A stretch of DNA of 64,000 nucleotides from the human T2T-CHM13v2.0 reference genome, Homo sapiens: NCBI RefSeq assembly GCF_009914755.1, contig NC_060939.1; one strand, 5' to 3'. The translations under genes and the position numbers were made by a program. This document shows positions 44,361 through 58,369 of this stretch, piece after piece. Every line of letters begins with the position of its first letter. Position 1 is the first letter of the stretch. Under the pieces are notes generated by a model that saw only the letters and a list, made by a program, of their open reading frames with translations, did no database searches and was not told the origin of the DNA.

Positions 44361-44560
44361 CTGCTTTTATCTCTGGTCCTCCTTTTGGCCACAAGACTAT
44401 TTTATTTGATGCTAATATAACCATCCCAACTTCCATTTGTTTACTATTTTCTTGGTGCACTTTTTCAAGCTTTAATATCAAACTTTGTATTTCCTTATTG
44501 TCAATATGTCTATTTTCAAAACAATGTAGTTATATTTCTTGTCAATTTATTTTTTATAAT

Positions 44561-44844
44561 TTTTTTCTTTAGACAGGGCATCATTCTGTTGCATAGGCTG
44601 AAGTGCAGTGGCACAACTGTGGCTCACTGCAGCCTTGACTTTCTAGGCTCAAGTGATTCTCCCATCTCAGCCTCCTGAGTAATTGGGACTACATACATAT
44701 GCCATCATGCTGAGCTAATTTTTTAAATTTTTTGTGGAGATGGGGTCTCACTATGTTGCTGGGCCTGGTCTTAAACACCTGGGATCCTCCCACCTTGGTC
44801 TCCAAAATTGCTGAGATTACAGGTGTGAGCCACTGTGCCTGGCC
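44561..44844 (-). mobile_element. AluJ
   Basis: GCTCACTGCAGCCTTGAC..CTAGGCTCAAGTGAT.CTCCCATCTCAGCC and GGGGTCTCACTATGTTGC are AluJ diagnostics; highly diverged. Confidence 0.9.
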
Positions 44845-46452
44845 CATAATTCTTAATTATAATAGGATATTTAGTCCATTTGTGTTGATTGTGATTATGT
44901 TTGAATTCTTTTATGCTATATCAATCTTCTAGTTGTCTTTTAAAAATTTCTTTTCTTGAGTTCTTTTAGATTAGTTTTTCTTCCTCCTTTTGTCATTGTT
45001 TTTCTTTACTGGTTGACCGTTTCAGGCTCTATTTCTATTCTTTTATTTATTACTCTAGGAATGTTAACGTAAATATTTAACTTCACAAAGTCTAAAATTT
45101 AACAGTATTATGTTCTTCTTCCAAACAAGAAAATAATCTTACAAGGCTATAATTCCAAATACCTACCCTTATTGCTATTATTTTTCAAAATGTTTGTCCT
45201 ATCATGTTTTTTTAACTGCAAATTATATGAGATTATTGTTACACTATAACTTTTTGTTGACATTTACCTACACATTTAGCATAAAACATAAGTCTCAATC
45301 AATTTTAAAAGATTAAAATTGTACAAACTATGTTCACATTTTTTATCATACCTTGCTGAGATTCAAGCTTTTCTATAAGAATCGTTTTCCTTTTATGTAA
45401 AAGTCAGTCCTCTACAACTCCCTTTAGTAGAAATCTGTTGATAGAAAAACTGTCTCATTTGTTTGTTTTTGGCCAAAAAAAAGTCACTCCCTCACTCTTA
45501 AACGATAGCTTTTATGGGAATAAAATTTCAGACTGATAGGCATTTTGAAATTATTTCATTTCTCAGCTGCATCCACCTAGAACTTGGCTGCAGCAGCAGG
45601 AAGCTGGGGTAGAATGAGAAACGCTGATATCCTGCCTCTCTTGGGAAAATAGCTCTGTGAGATCTGGAGTTTGAGGGAGCTCTCTGTTCTTGGGTACACC
45701 TGTATGAAGTAGGGTTTACATCTTACTGAATTGGAAGGGGTTAGGGAGCGAGTGGGTCTCTCATCAAATATCACAGATTCTTGCTGTTCTTACTGAATTT
45801 TAGTCAATTTTCTTGAAAGCTTTTTTCATATTCTATATGTGTTAGGACCAATTTGAGAGATTTGAAAATATTTTAAAATAATAATTTTCACCAGATTTAC
45901 TAGGGAGTGGGTCTTTAGAACACCTCACACTGAGAGGCTGTACAGTTGAGCCCCATCATGCATTTCCAATTTAATTTCATTGTGAAAGAAGAATGTATGT
46001 TGAACAGTTTTAATCTTAAAATTTACTGAGAATTATTTTATGTCCCAGATTATGGGCTATCCTGAAGGATGTTCTCAATACACTTGAGGATAATACATAG
46101 TCCGGTGATTTTGGTATAGTATTTTAATATACTTGTATTATGTCTAGTTGGTTTATAGGGTTTTCTTAGTCTTCCATTTCCTTAATTTTCTGTGTAGTCG
46201 CTCAATACATATTGAATGTCAGGTATTTAAGTATCTATTATTGTTGAATTTTCAATTTTTTTCAACTCAGTTTTTACTTTATGTATTTTGGGGCCTCTTT
46301 TATATGCATATACACATATAAGTGTTATATCTTCTAGGTTGATTTGCTTTATAAATTATAAATATTCTTTTCTCAAATGACCTTTGTAAATATTTTAAAG
46401 TGTATTTTTTTTCTCCCATTTCTATCGCTGCATTTTTATAGAGGTTGTTATA

Positions 46453-47541
46453 TGTTGTGGGAAGTCAGGGACCCCAAATGGAGGGACCAGCTGATGCCAT
46501 GACAGAAGAACATAAATTGTGAAGATTTCATGGACATTTATTAGTTCCCCAAATTAATACTTTTATAATTTCTTACACCTGTCTTTACTGCAGTCTCTGA
46601 ACATAAGTTGTGAAGATTTCATGGACACTTATCACTTCCCTAATCAATACCTTTGTGATTTCCTATGCCTGTCTTTACTTTAATCTCTTAATCACATCAT
46701 CTTCATAAGCTGAGGAGGATGTACGTCACCTCAGGACCCTGTGATGATTGCGTTAACTGCACAAATTGTTTATAGAGCATGTGTGTTTGAACAATATGAA
46801 ATCTGGGCACCTTGAAAAAAGAACAGGATAACAGCAATGTTCAGGGAACAAGGGAGATAACCTTAAACTCTGATGGCTGGTGAGCCAGGCGGAACAGAGC
46901 CATATTTCTCTTCTTTCAAAAGCAAATAGGAGAAATATCGCTGAATTCTTTTTCTCAGCAAGGAACATTCCTGAGGAAGAGAATGCGTCCCTGAGGGGAG
47001 GCCTCTAAAATGGCCGCTTTGGGGGCGGCTGTCTTTTACGGTTGTAGCTGTAGGATGAAATAAGCCCTGATCTCCTGTAGCACTCCCAGGCTTATTAGGA
47101 CGAGGAAATTCCTGCCTAATAAATTTTGGTCAGACTGGTTGTCTGCTCTCAAACTCTGTCTCCTGATAAGATGTTATCAATGACAATGTGTGCCCGAAAC
47201 TTCATTAGCAATTTTAATTTTGCCCCAGTCCTGTGGTCCTGTGATCTCGCCCTGCCTCCATTTGCCTTGTGATATCTTATTACCTTGTGAAGCATGTGAC
47301 CTCTGTGACCCACACCCTATTCGTACACTCCCTCCCCTTTTGAAAATCACTAATAAAAACTTGCTGGTTTTACGGCTCAGGGGGCATCGCAGAAACTGCC
47401 GACATGTGATGTCTCCCCCGGACACCCAGCTTTAAAATTTCTGTCTTTTGTACTCTATTCCTTTATTTCTCAGACAGGCTGACACTTAGGGAAAATAGAA
47501 AAGAACCTACATGAAATATCGGGGGTGAATTTCACGTGATA
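46453..47541 (+). mobile_element. MER11 (MER11C-sized, HERVK11/HML-8) solo LTR
   Basis: TGTTGTGGGAAGTCAGGGACCCC..TGGAGGGACC start; duplicated GAACATAA.TTGTGAAGATTTCATGGACA block; AATAAA near 47352; GGGGTGAATTTC...GATA end; 1089 bp; 6-bp TSD GTTATA/GTTGTA. Confidence 0.93.
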
Positions 47542-50500
47542 GTTGTATTTATCTTATTATGTTTCATGATTCTCTTATTTCTTCTTGTGAATCTCAGTTA
47601 CCATAAGGTATAATTTTCTTAGGGTCAAACATATTTGTTCTCATCTATCTTCTTAGCACTTTTATACAAATATATACATATTGTTTAAGGTAACTATTAA
47701 TACTTATTAAATCAGGTCAGAAAAAGAATAAATATGCAATCATAGTGTCTTTTACAATTACCTACACAGACACTTTAGCTGATGTACTTTCTTTCTTTAT
47801 ATTGATTCAGATTTCTCTCTGGTGTCACTTGCTTTCAGCATGAAGAGGTTGTTTTAGTATTTCTTGTAAGATTGGTATGCTACTGATGCATTTTAAATTC
47901 AGGGGTACAAGTGCAAGTTTGTTATATAGGTAAACTTGTGTCATGGGGGTTCGTTGTACAGATTATTTCATCACCTAGATATTAAACCTAGTACCCATTA
48001 GTTATGTTTTCCTGATCCTCTTCCTCTTCCTAGCCTCCACCCACCAACAGGCCCCATTGTGTGTTGTCCCCCTCTATGTGTCCATGTGTTCTCATCGTTT
48101 ATTTCCCACTTATAACAGAACATGAGGTATTTGGTTTTCTGTTACTGTGTTAGTTTGCTAAGGATAATGGCCTCCACCTTCATCCATGTCCCTGCAAAGG
48201 ATATGATCTCATTCTTTTGTATGGCTACCTAGTGTTCCGTGGTATATAAGTACCACATTTTCTTTATCCAGTCTATCACTGATGGGCATTTAGTTTGATT
48301 CCATATCTTTGCTATTGTGAATACTGTTGCAATGATTATACACATACATGTGTCTTTTATAATAGAATTATGTATATTCCTTTGAGTGTTCCCAGTAATG
48401 GGATTGCTGGGTTGAATGGTCTTTCTGTCTTTAGGTCTTTGAGGAATCACTACACTGTCTTCCTTAATAGTTGAACTAACTTACATGCCCATCAACAGTG
48501 TAGGAGCATTCTTTTTTATCCTCAACCTTGCCAGCATCTGTTATTTTTTGACTTTTTAATAGTAGCCCTTCTGACTGGTATGAGATGGTATCTCCTTGTG
48601 GTTTTGATTCGTGTTTCTCTAATGATCGGTGATGTTGAGCTTCTTTTCATGTGATTGTTGGCTGCATGTATTTTTTGAAACGTGTCTGTTCATGTCTTTT
48701 TGCCTATGAGTTAATGGCGTTGTTTTGGGCATCGATGATATTGATCTGAAGTTTCCTTTTTTTCTTGTGTATCTGCCAGGTTTTGGTGTCAGGATGATGT
48801 TCACCTCATAGAATGAGTTAGGGAGGGGTCCCTCCTCCTCAATCTTCTGGAATATTTTCAGTAGGAATGGTACTGGCTCTTCTTTGTGCATCTGGTAGAA
48901 TTCAGGAATTCAGCTGTGACTCCATTTGGTCCTGGGTTGTATTTTTTTTTTTTTTTTTTGGTTGGTAAGGTATTGATTACTTTTTCAATTTCAGAGCTCA
49001 TTAATGGTTTCTTCAGGGATTCAGTTTCTTCCCGGTTAAGTCTTGGGATGGTGTATATGTCCAGGAATTTATCCATTTCTTCTAGATTTTCTGGTTTATG
49101 TGCACAGAGGGTTCATAATTTTCTCTGATGGTTACTTGTATTTCTGTGGGGTAAGTGGTAATATTCCCCTAGTCATTTCTGATTGTGTTTATTTGAATCT
49201 TTTCTCTTTTTATTAGTCTAGCTAGTGGTCTATTTTTTTTCAAAAAAAAAAAACAAACAAACAGCTCCTGGGTTCAATGATCTTTTGAATGGTTTTTCAT
49301 GTCTCTATCTCCTTCAGTTCAGCTCTGATTTTGGTTATTTCTTGTCTTCTGTTGGCTTTGGGATTTGTTTGCTCTTGGTTCTCTAGTTCTTTTAGTTGTG
49401 ATATTAGGTAGTTAACTTGAGATTTTTCTAACTTTTTGATGTGGGGATTTAGTGCTATACATTTCTCTTTTATCACTGCCTTAGCTGTGTCCCAGAGATT
49501 CTGGTATGTTGTATCTTTGTTCTCATTAGTTTCAAAACACTTCTTGATTTCTGCCTTGTTTACCCAAAAGTAATTCAGGAGCACATTATTTAATTTCCAT
49601 GTAATTATATGGTTTTGAATGAATTTCTTAGTCTTGATTTCTAATTTGATTGCCCTGTGGTCTGTTATGATTTCAATTCTTTTGCATTTGCTGAGGAGTG
49701 TTTGACATCAGATTATGTGATTGATTTCAGAGTATGTGCCATGTGCAATCAGAATAATATATTTTCAATTGTTTTGGGATAGAGAGTTCTGAAAATATCT
49801 ATCAGGTCAATTTGATTCAGTGCTGAATTCAGGTCCTGAATATCCTTGTTAACTTTGTGTCTTGGTGATCTGTCTAATATTGTCAGTTGGGTGTTAAAGT
49901 CTCCCACTATTATTGTGAGGAAGTCTAAATCTCTTTGAAGTCTCTAAGAACTTGCTTTGTGAATCCGGGTGCTCTTCTATTGGGTGCATATATATTTAAG
50001 ATAGATAGTTATATTTCTGGTTGAATTGAACCTTTTACCATTATGTAATGCCCTTCTTTGTCTTTTTTTAATCTTTGTTGGTTTAAAGTCTGTTTTGGCA
50101 GAAACTAGAATTTTAACCCCTGCTTTTTTCTGTTTTCCATTTGCTTGGTAGATTTTTCTCCATCCCTTTATTTTCAGCCTGTGTTTTGTTGCCTCTGAGA
50201 TGGGTCTCTTGAAGACAGCATACCAATAGGTTGGTTCTTTACTCAGCTTATCACTCTGTGTCTTTTAATTGTGATATTAACCCATTTTCATTTAAGATTA
50301 GTATTTATATGTGTGGATTTGATCCTGTCATCATGATGTTAGCTGGTTATTTTGCATACTTGTTTATGTGGTTGCTTTATAGTATCACTGGGTTGTGTAG
50401 TTCAGTGTGTTTTCTTAGTGGCTGATAATAGTCTTTTCTTTCCATATTTAGTGCTTCCTTAAGGAGTTCTTGTAAGGCAGGTCTGGTGGTAACAAATTTC

Positions 50501-51433
50501 TTCAGCATTCACTTATGAAGCTTAGTTAGGCTGGATCTGGAATTCTGGGTTGGAATTTCTTTTTTAAGAATGTTGACTATTGTCCCCCAATCTCTTCTAG
50601 CTTGTAGGGTTTCAGCTGAGAGGCCCATTGTCAGTCTGATGGGCTTCACTTTGTAAGCAACCTGGCCTTTCTCTCTATTTGCCTTTGATATTTTTTCTTT
50701 CATTTCGTCTTTGGATAATTTATCGTGGAGTATCTTACTGGGATTCCCTGCATCTCCTGAATTTAAATGTTGGCATCTCTAGGTAGATTGGGGAAGTTCT
50801 CATGGATGATATCCTGAAATATGTTTTCTAAGTTGGTTCCATTCTCCCCATCTCTTTCAGGTATACCAGTTAGTCGTAGATTTAGTCTCTTGACATAATC
50901 CCATATTTCTCAGAAGTTTTATTCATTCATTTTCATTATTTTTTCTCTCTTCTCTGCCTTCTTATTTCAGAAAGCCAGTCTTCAAGCTCTAAGATTATTT
51001 CCTCTGCCAGGTCTATTTTGTTATGAATACTTGTGATTATATTATGAAATTCTTGTAGTGTGTTTTTCAGCTCTATCAGGTTATGTTCTTCTTCTTACTG
51101 GCCATTTTGTCAGCTCCTGCAATGTTTTGTCATGACTTTTATCTTCCCTGCATTGGTTACAATGTGCTCCTGTAACTCAGTGAACTATGTTTCTATCTAT
51201 ATTCTGAATTCTACTTCTGTCAGTTTAGCCATCTCAGCCTCAAGCTGGTTCTGAACCCTTGCTAGAGAGTTGATGTGGTCATTTTGAGGAAAGAAGGTAG
51301 TCTGGTTTTTTTTCAGCAGTCTTGTGCTGATTCTTTCTCATCTTTGTGGGCTTACTTGCCTTCAATCTTTGAGGTTGCTGACTTTTGGATTTTTTTTTCT
51401 TTTAACAATCTGGCCACTTTTCCATAGGGCTGC

Positions 51434-51783
51434 TGTATTAGTCTGTTTTCATGCTGCTGATAAAGACATATCTGAGACTGGGAAGAAAAAAAGGGTTCAG
51501 TTGGATTTACAGTTCCACATGGCTGGGGAGGCATCAGAATCATGGCATGAGGTGAAAGGCACTTCTTACACGGTGGTGGCAAGAGAAAATAAGGAAGAAG
51601 CAAAAGTGGAAACCCCTGATAAACCCATCAGATCTCATGAGACTTACTTTCATGAGAATAGCCTGGGAAAGAGTGGCCCCCATGATTCAATTCCTCCTCC
51701 TGGGTCCCTCCCACAACACGTGGGAATTCTGGGAGATAAAATTCAAGTTGAGATTTGTGTGGGTACACAGCCAAACCACATCA
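51434..51783 (-). mobile_element. THE1A (MaLR) solo LTR nested in the L1
   Basis: TGTATTAGTC.GTTTTCA.GCTGCTGATAAAGACATA..TGAGACTGGGAAGAAAAA...GGAAACCCCTGATAAACCCATCAGATCTC...CAGCCAAACCA.ATCA; perfect 5-bp TSD GCTGC (51429-51433, 51784-51788). Confidence 0.95.
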
Positions 51784-51996
51784 GCTGCTATGGTATGCTG
51801 GAGATCTGCTCCAGACCCTAGTCACCTTGGATTTTCCAGTACCTGGAGGTATCACCAGTGAAGCCTGCAAAACAGCAAAGATGGCAGCCTGTCCTTCCCT
51901 ATGGGAGCTCCATCCCAGGGAGGTATGGGCCTGTTGCTTGTCCAAATGCACTTTAGCTAGGAGATAGCTGAAGACCTGGTTGGGAAGTCTTGCCTA

Positions 51997-52362
<366 letters not shown>

Positions 52363-54980
52363 TGTAGTCTGGCCATGTTTCCATAGAGCAGATGTGCCAT
52401 GCGGGGGGTCCACTTCAGCCCCAGGTTGCCTTGAACCCTCTGAAGCCCCATGGGTAGAATGGCTAAGTCACCCAAACAGCAGAGATGGTGGCCTGTCCCT
52501 CTCCTTGGGATCTTTGTCCCAGGGAGGCCTGAAACCTCTATCAGCTGGAGAACACTGGTGGGGGTAGCCTGAGACCCTAGTCGAGAGGCTTCAGCCAGGG
52601 ATGAGGATCAGGATTGGGGACCCACTTAAAAAAGCAGTTGGGTCACCATTTTGTAGGGCAGCTGTGTTGTGCTGGGGTACCGCTTCCACCTCCAGTTGGC
52701 CTGGGCTCTCCAAAGCCCAAAGGCTGGAACAGCTAAGTCACCCAGCCGCCAAAGATGCAGCCCACGTCTCCCTCTAAGAATTCTGTCCCAGGGAGTTTTC
52801 AAGTCTGTTGGCTGGAGAACACCAGCACAGGTGGCTGGAGGCCCTGGTTGGGAGTCCTGCTCAGTGAGGAGGAATGGGATCAGGGACCCACTTAAAGAAG
52901 TAGTCTGGCCACATTTTGGGAGAGCAGCTGTACTGTTCTGAGGGATCCCTTCTGCCCTCACTTGGACTCTTCAAAGCCTGAAGGCCATAACAGCTAAGAT
53001 GCCCCAACAGTAGAGATGGCAGCCTGCCTCTCCCGCTGGAGCTCCATCACAGGGAAGCACACTACTATCAACTGCTGGCTAGAATTCTAAGCCAGTGGGT
53101 CTTATCCTGTGAGGTGCTGTGGAAGTGGGGCCCGCAGACCGTCACTCCTGGGCCCCCTGGATTCAACCTCTTTCTAGGGGTATGTACAGGGGTCTAATCT
53201 TGCACTTTACTGGAGTCGCAGCTATTTTGCCAGGGCACCTGGAAATCTGGAGTATCTAAAGCTCCTGGGTCTCCTTGCATGTCTGAGCAGCTGCTCTGCT
53301 GAGACACCATGTAGCTCTCTGTGTGTCAGACTGAAGGCCTTGGTGGAGTGGGTTCACAAGGAGATCTCCTGCCCAAAGGGTTGCAAAAATCCGTGGCAGA
53401 AGCATGGGTTCCTGGGGTTGAACATTCACTCACCTCTTCTCTGGGCAGATGAGCTTCCTTTCACTCCATGTTGGTCCTGGGTGGGCCGTTATCCTGCCTT
53501 GCTTTCCCCTGTTCTCTGTGGGTGAAGTCGTTTCCTTCATTAGTCCCAATGTGAGTACATGGATGTTTCAGTGGAAGGTTCTGTATTTACTTTTCCCTTC
53601 TGCTCCTCTCCGTGAGAGTCACACACATTTGCTGCTTCCGGTCAGCCATCTTGGCCACTCTCCCTGATGCATTTTCTTAGTTTTTAATTTATCCCAGAAT
53701 GTCTTTATTTGGTTTTAATATTTTAAAAATATTATTTTGCTGTAAATAATATTCTTGGTTGGGAGTTTTTCATTTTCTTGAGTACTTTGGCTATGTCATC
53801 TGTCTTTTGACCTGCATTGTTAAAGTCAGGTGTTCATCTTATTGGATGGAGTTGCCTTGTATATGAACTCCCTCGTTTGTGAACCTCATCATTTTTCTCT
53901 TGCTTTTTTCAAGATTTGTTCCTTGTCTTTGACTTTCAATACTTTTATAATGTGTCAGGGTGTAGATATTTTTACATTTATCTTAGAGTTTGAGCTTTTT
54001 GGATTTACAGAGTAATACTTTTTGAAGCAGATTTAGACATTTTCAGCCATTATCTTTTAAAATCTCTTTTCTGCTTTTTCCTTTCTTCCCCTCCTGCAAC
54101 TCTCTTTACATGTACATTGGTGTGATTAATGCCATCCCATTTCTCTGATTCTCAGTTCATTTTTTATTCTTTGCATTTTTTTCAGATGGCATAATCTTTA
54201 TAAATCTGTCTTCGAGTTTGCTTTTTCTTCATCAACTCAAGTAATATAACATTTATTATATCCATTTTGTACCTGAGGTTTTATTGATGTAGGCATCCTA
54301 GAGGAGCATTTTACCGACCCTCAAAAATAGCCTATAAATTGAACCAGGATTGAAGTCATAAATAAATAAATATGTAGAAAATTACTGAAGACATCTGTTG
54401 CTTCAGAAAATTTAGGGAGTAAATCAAGCATGTCGGGGAGAAATTGGTAAGTCCTTGATTATGATCATAAGGCTATTACACAGAAAATCACATTACCAGA
54501 ACCTGGTTATGGTTCTGTGGAATTAAAATAAATTTTAGAAAGCATAAAGGTTTATATTTTTTAAAAAGTGAAGTGTTCTCAGGGGAATATCTACTACATG
54601 ATACAATGATAATATTTAGTTACTATTTTCCGCATGTACCAAGTTTAACTTACCAATATTTTCCATGGAAGAATTAGATATTAGAGGAGCAGTTATATTT
54701 TAACAAGTCTTAAGTGAAAAGTGGGGCTGTATGAGATAACCCTTATCTCCTAAAAACAAGACCTTCGTTTCTGAACCAATACAAAGAATATTTGCCCTTT
54801 CAAAGCATCTACCCAGAAGCTAATCTTTAATTTCTGTCACCTATTATTTGGTTGTTTCAAATTGGATGATATTTAGATCTAAGGCAAGATAATCTGATAT
54901 TTGACAGTGAATAAAGCAGTAGGGATTCTGTTGCTTTTTGGGGGACAGAGAAATATACTGGTATTCATATCCATAAAATA

Positions 54981-55287
54981 AAAAATACATATTTTTTGAG
55001 ACAGAGTCTTGCTCTGTTACCCAGGCTGGAGTGCTGGAGTGCAGTGGCATGATCTCGGCTCCCTGCAGCCTCTGTCTCTTGGGTGCCAGTGATTCTCCTG
55101 CCTCAGCCTCCTGAGTAGCTGGGATTACAGGCAGGTGCCACCACGCCCTGCTAATTTTTGTATTTTTAGTAGAGACAGGGTTTCACCATGTTGGCCAGGC
55201 TGGTCTTGAACTCCTGACCTCAGGTGACACTCCTGCCTCAGCCTCCCAAAGTCCTAGGGTTACAGGCATGAGCCACTGTGCCCAGCA
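54981..55287 (-). mobile_element. AluSx-like with 15-bp TSD
   Basis: CTCCTGACCTCAGGTGA; TSD CATATCCATAAAATA at 54966-54980 and 55288-55302; internal 8-bp duplication GCTGGAGT. Confidence 0.95.
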
Positions 55288-55319
55288 CATATCCATAAAA
55301 TATTGATGGAGAAAAAATT

Positions 55320-56140
55320 AGTGAATAATTTCTGGGTACCTAATCTGTTGTGGATTCTATGATTAGTGCTTTACTCATATTTGTTCCTGGTAACTGTCTC
55401 AATAAATCTGTGAAATATATATTACTAGGCCCACTTTTCAAAATTAAGAGAAACAAAACAAAAAGATTCCAGTAGATTCAGTAAAGTATCCTAAGAGTTC
55501 CTCTCTAATTTCTATTCACCATGTCCAATTCATTAACTTCCATTTCTTACCATAAGTCTTGCCTACCTGCCACAGGCAGTTTTCTATACATTGGCTAGAA
55601 TGGTCCATTTTTAAAACATATTTTTGAATATGTCTTTGTGACTATCTTGCTTAAAATATTTTGGTGACTTATCATTGCTCTCAGAATAAAACAACAACTT
55701 ATCAGAAGCCCTAGATGCAATGATGGTCTGGTAACTGCCCACTTTTGTGATCTCACCTCCTCCTACTTCTTAGCTCATTCACTATATATTACAGCCACAT
55801 TGGTGCCCTATACAACTTTCAAACATGCTATGCTGGTTCTCACTTTTTCCCTCTGCTTTCCCCAGAATGTCTTTTCCAGATGGCCCCTATGTTGCTCCTT
55901 TTTATTATTTGGGCCTCAGTTCAAATATACTGGATCCTGAGGCAATGATTTCCTCTGTCCTAATTAACCATCCTCATCATTTAGAATATTTTTGCATTTT
56001 GATTGAATGGATGGATGTACAATGAATAGATGATTAAATCACAACGGTCATAAACAAAGATTAAATCACAAAGGTCATCATAAACAAAAAAGCTGGAAAT
56101 CACACTCAATTATGTTTGATACCTAAGTCTATTTTATTTC
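55320..56140. mobile_element. MIR (minus) and L2 (plus) degenerate fragments
   Basis: AATAATTTCTGGGTACCT..; CAATAAATCTGTGAAAT..ATTACTAGGCCCACTTTTCA (MIR); TTGCTTAAAA...CATTGCTCTCAGAATAAAA, CAGCCACATTGG, TTGATTGAATGGATGGATG (L2). Confidence 0.65.
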
Positions 56141-56164
56141 TAATGCATTACATTTATCTGTGTG

Positions 56165-57000
56165 GCTTTTTCAAGTCAGGTTTATTAAGTCATAATTTAT
56201 ACAAGTAAAATTTGCCTTTTTAAAGTATACAGTTCATTGAGTTTTGAGAAATGTATATAGTTGTGCACTCATAATCACACTCAAGATACAGAATAGTCCC
56301 ATCAAATTTCCCCCATACCCCTTTGAAATCAATTTACTGCCTCCACTCCAACTCTTGAAATGATTGAATCTCTGCCCTTATAGTTTTGCCTTTTCCAGAA
56401 GATCACATAAATAGAAGAACCATACAGAATATGGCCTTTTTATCTATTTTCTTTCATCTAGCAAAACATTTTAAGATTTAGCCATCTTGCTTGCATCAGT
56501 AATTTTCCCCTTTTCATTGCTAAAAGTCATATATAATTGTGTGAATATACCACAGTTTGTTTGAACCTTGGCAATTGATGAATATTTGCATTATTTTCAG
56601 TTTTTAGCTCTTACGATTAAAACTACTTTGAACATTCGTCAAATTTTTTTTCAGAGCAACTGTACTATTTCACATCTCGCCAGCAATATTTAAGGGTTCT
56701 TGTTGTTTTTCTTCACCAGTATTGATATTATGAATCTTTTTAATTTGAACCTTTCTAGTAGGTGTGATATTTCATCATCTTTTTTAATTTTCATTTCCCT
56801 TAATGTTGAGCATTTTTTACATGCTTGAGACTCATATGTATTTTTTGGTGAAAAGTCTTTTAATTTAAGGGATCTTTATCAGATATATGTTTTGCAAATA
56901 TTTTCACCCAGTCTTTGTCTTGTCTTTCATTTTCTTAATGGTGCTATTCAAAGATCAGCATTCTTAAATTATGGTGAAGCCTAATTTCTCATAATTGTTT
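56165..57000 (-). mobile_element. Old L1 (L1ME/MC-type) 3' region
   Basis: TTTATTAAG..ATAATTTATACA.GTAAAAT...TTTTAAAGTATACAGTTCATTGAGTTTTGA.AAATGTATATAG; CCTTTTCCAGAA..TCACATAAATAGAA. Confidence 0.8.
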
Positions 57001-57699
57001 GGTCATCTACCAGGTTTCAGTGATTTCGGTTTCAGTGATTTATAATCCAAAATATTTATTGACCGCCTAGTAGTACTAAATCATATAATTCTTTTGATGT
57101 TCACTGAGCACATATCCTGCATTCAGTTCTGCCAGAAAGTTGAATTATGGTAGTCATTATGCATACGGAGAAAACAGGGAAGGCTTCAGAACATTTTTGA
57201 TTTGCCCTGAATCCAAGTGGCAGTTGAAATTTGTAAACTCTCCAATAATTTACTGTTACCTATATTTTTTAAACCACTTTTTAGATATTAACACATTTAA
57301 ATTAACAGTAAATACATTAAATGAAGGCAATTTACTAGAAAATTACCATTTGTTCAGGCTTCTTCCAATCTTCTAATCTTCTTTCTTTTAAGAATTTTTT
57401 TGGAAGGATCTTAGGATTTTGCTTAACTTCAGGTTGGACTGGACTAGTTTAGGGCTTTGGGTCATGGAAATTATGTCCGGGGTTAGAGAAGACTCAAGAC
57501 TTATAAAACAAAAAAGCAAGCAAACAAAGTTACTGAGCGTGTGAAAGAAGGTAAAGAGCATAACTGGTCTTGGAAATAAGAGATAACGAAGTTTATTATA
57601 CAAAACAAAATGAATAATTCAAGGGAAGGGACATAGAACGAATTCTTAAGACAGCAAACCTCAGGAGATTTATTTTTAATTGATTTAAAAGTTAATTGC

Positions 57700-58185
57700 T
57701 TTTTGAAGTAATAATAATGATGCATTTGGTGGATATAGAATATTGTGACAATAATTATAGCAGTGTCATAGGAGATAGTAAAGAAGAATCAAGAATACTT
57801 TGTTATAAAATATCTATACTATATGTTAAGTAATATAGTGTTATAAAATGTATAGTGTAACTACTAGGGTAACCACTATTTTTTAAGTGTAATAGATATG
57901 GAAAAGGAGAGATAAAATGGAATTATATTAAATGCTCAAGTAAAATCAGAGAAGGCAGTAAATCGGGGAAAAACAAAGAACAAATAATCACTAATAGAAA
58001 AGTGCCAAACGTGGTAGATATTAATGCAAATGTATCAATAATCACTTAAAATGTGAATCATCTAAAAGCACCAGACTCAGATTTTCAGAGTGAATAAAAA
58101 AATAAGATTCAGTTACATGTTGTGTACAAAAGAAACCCACTTTAACTATAAAGACACTGATGATATGTTCAAAGTAAAGGGGTGA
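57700..58185 (+). mobile_element. Old L1M inter-ORF/ORF2-start fragment
   Basis: AACTACTAGGGTAACCACT; GTATCAATAATCACTTAAAATGTGAAT..TCTAAA; TGTTGTGTACAAAAGAAACCCACTTTAA. Confidence 0.7.
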
Positions 58186-58273
58186 GTGGCAGTTGCAGTC
58201 TGTGGCACTCATGAAGAGGAATGAGAGCAGTAAGTGAAAAGTGAATTTGGCACCTTCAACTGAAGTACTCAGG

Positions 58274-58369
58274 GTTTTTTTTTTTTTTTTTTCTTTTTTG
58301 ATACAGAGTTTTGTTCTTCTTGCCCAGGCTGGAGTGCAATGCCATGATCTCCACTCACTGCAACCTCTG
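58274..58369 (-). mobile_element. Heavily 5'-truncated Alu (AluSp/Sq-like 3' end) in the L1 5'UTR
   Basis: Poly-T + GATACAGAGTTTTGTTCTTCTTGCCCAGGCTGGAGTGCAATG...CACTGCAACCTCTGC. Confidence 0.85.

Noticed and set aside
51324-51821. 165-aa ORF
   Set aside because: Chimeric frame across antisense L1 and the THE1A LTR; no coding signature
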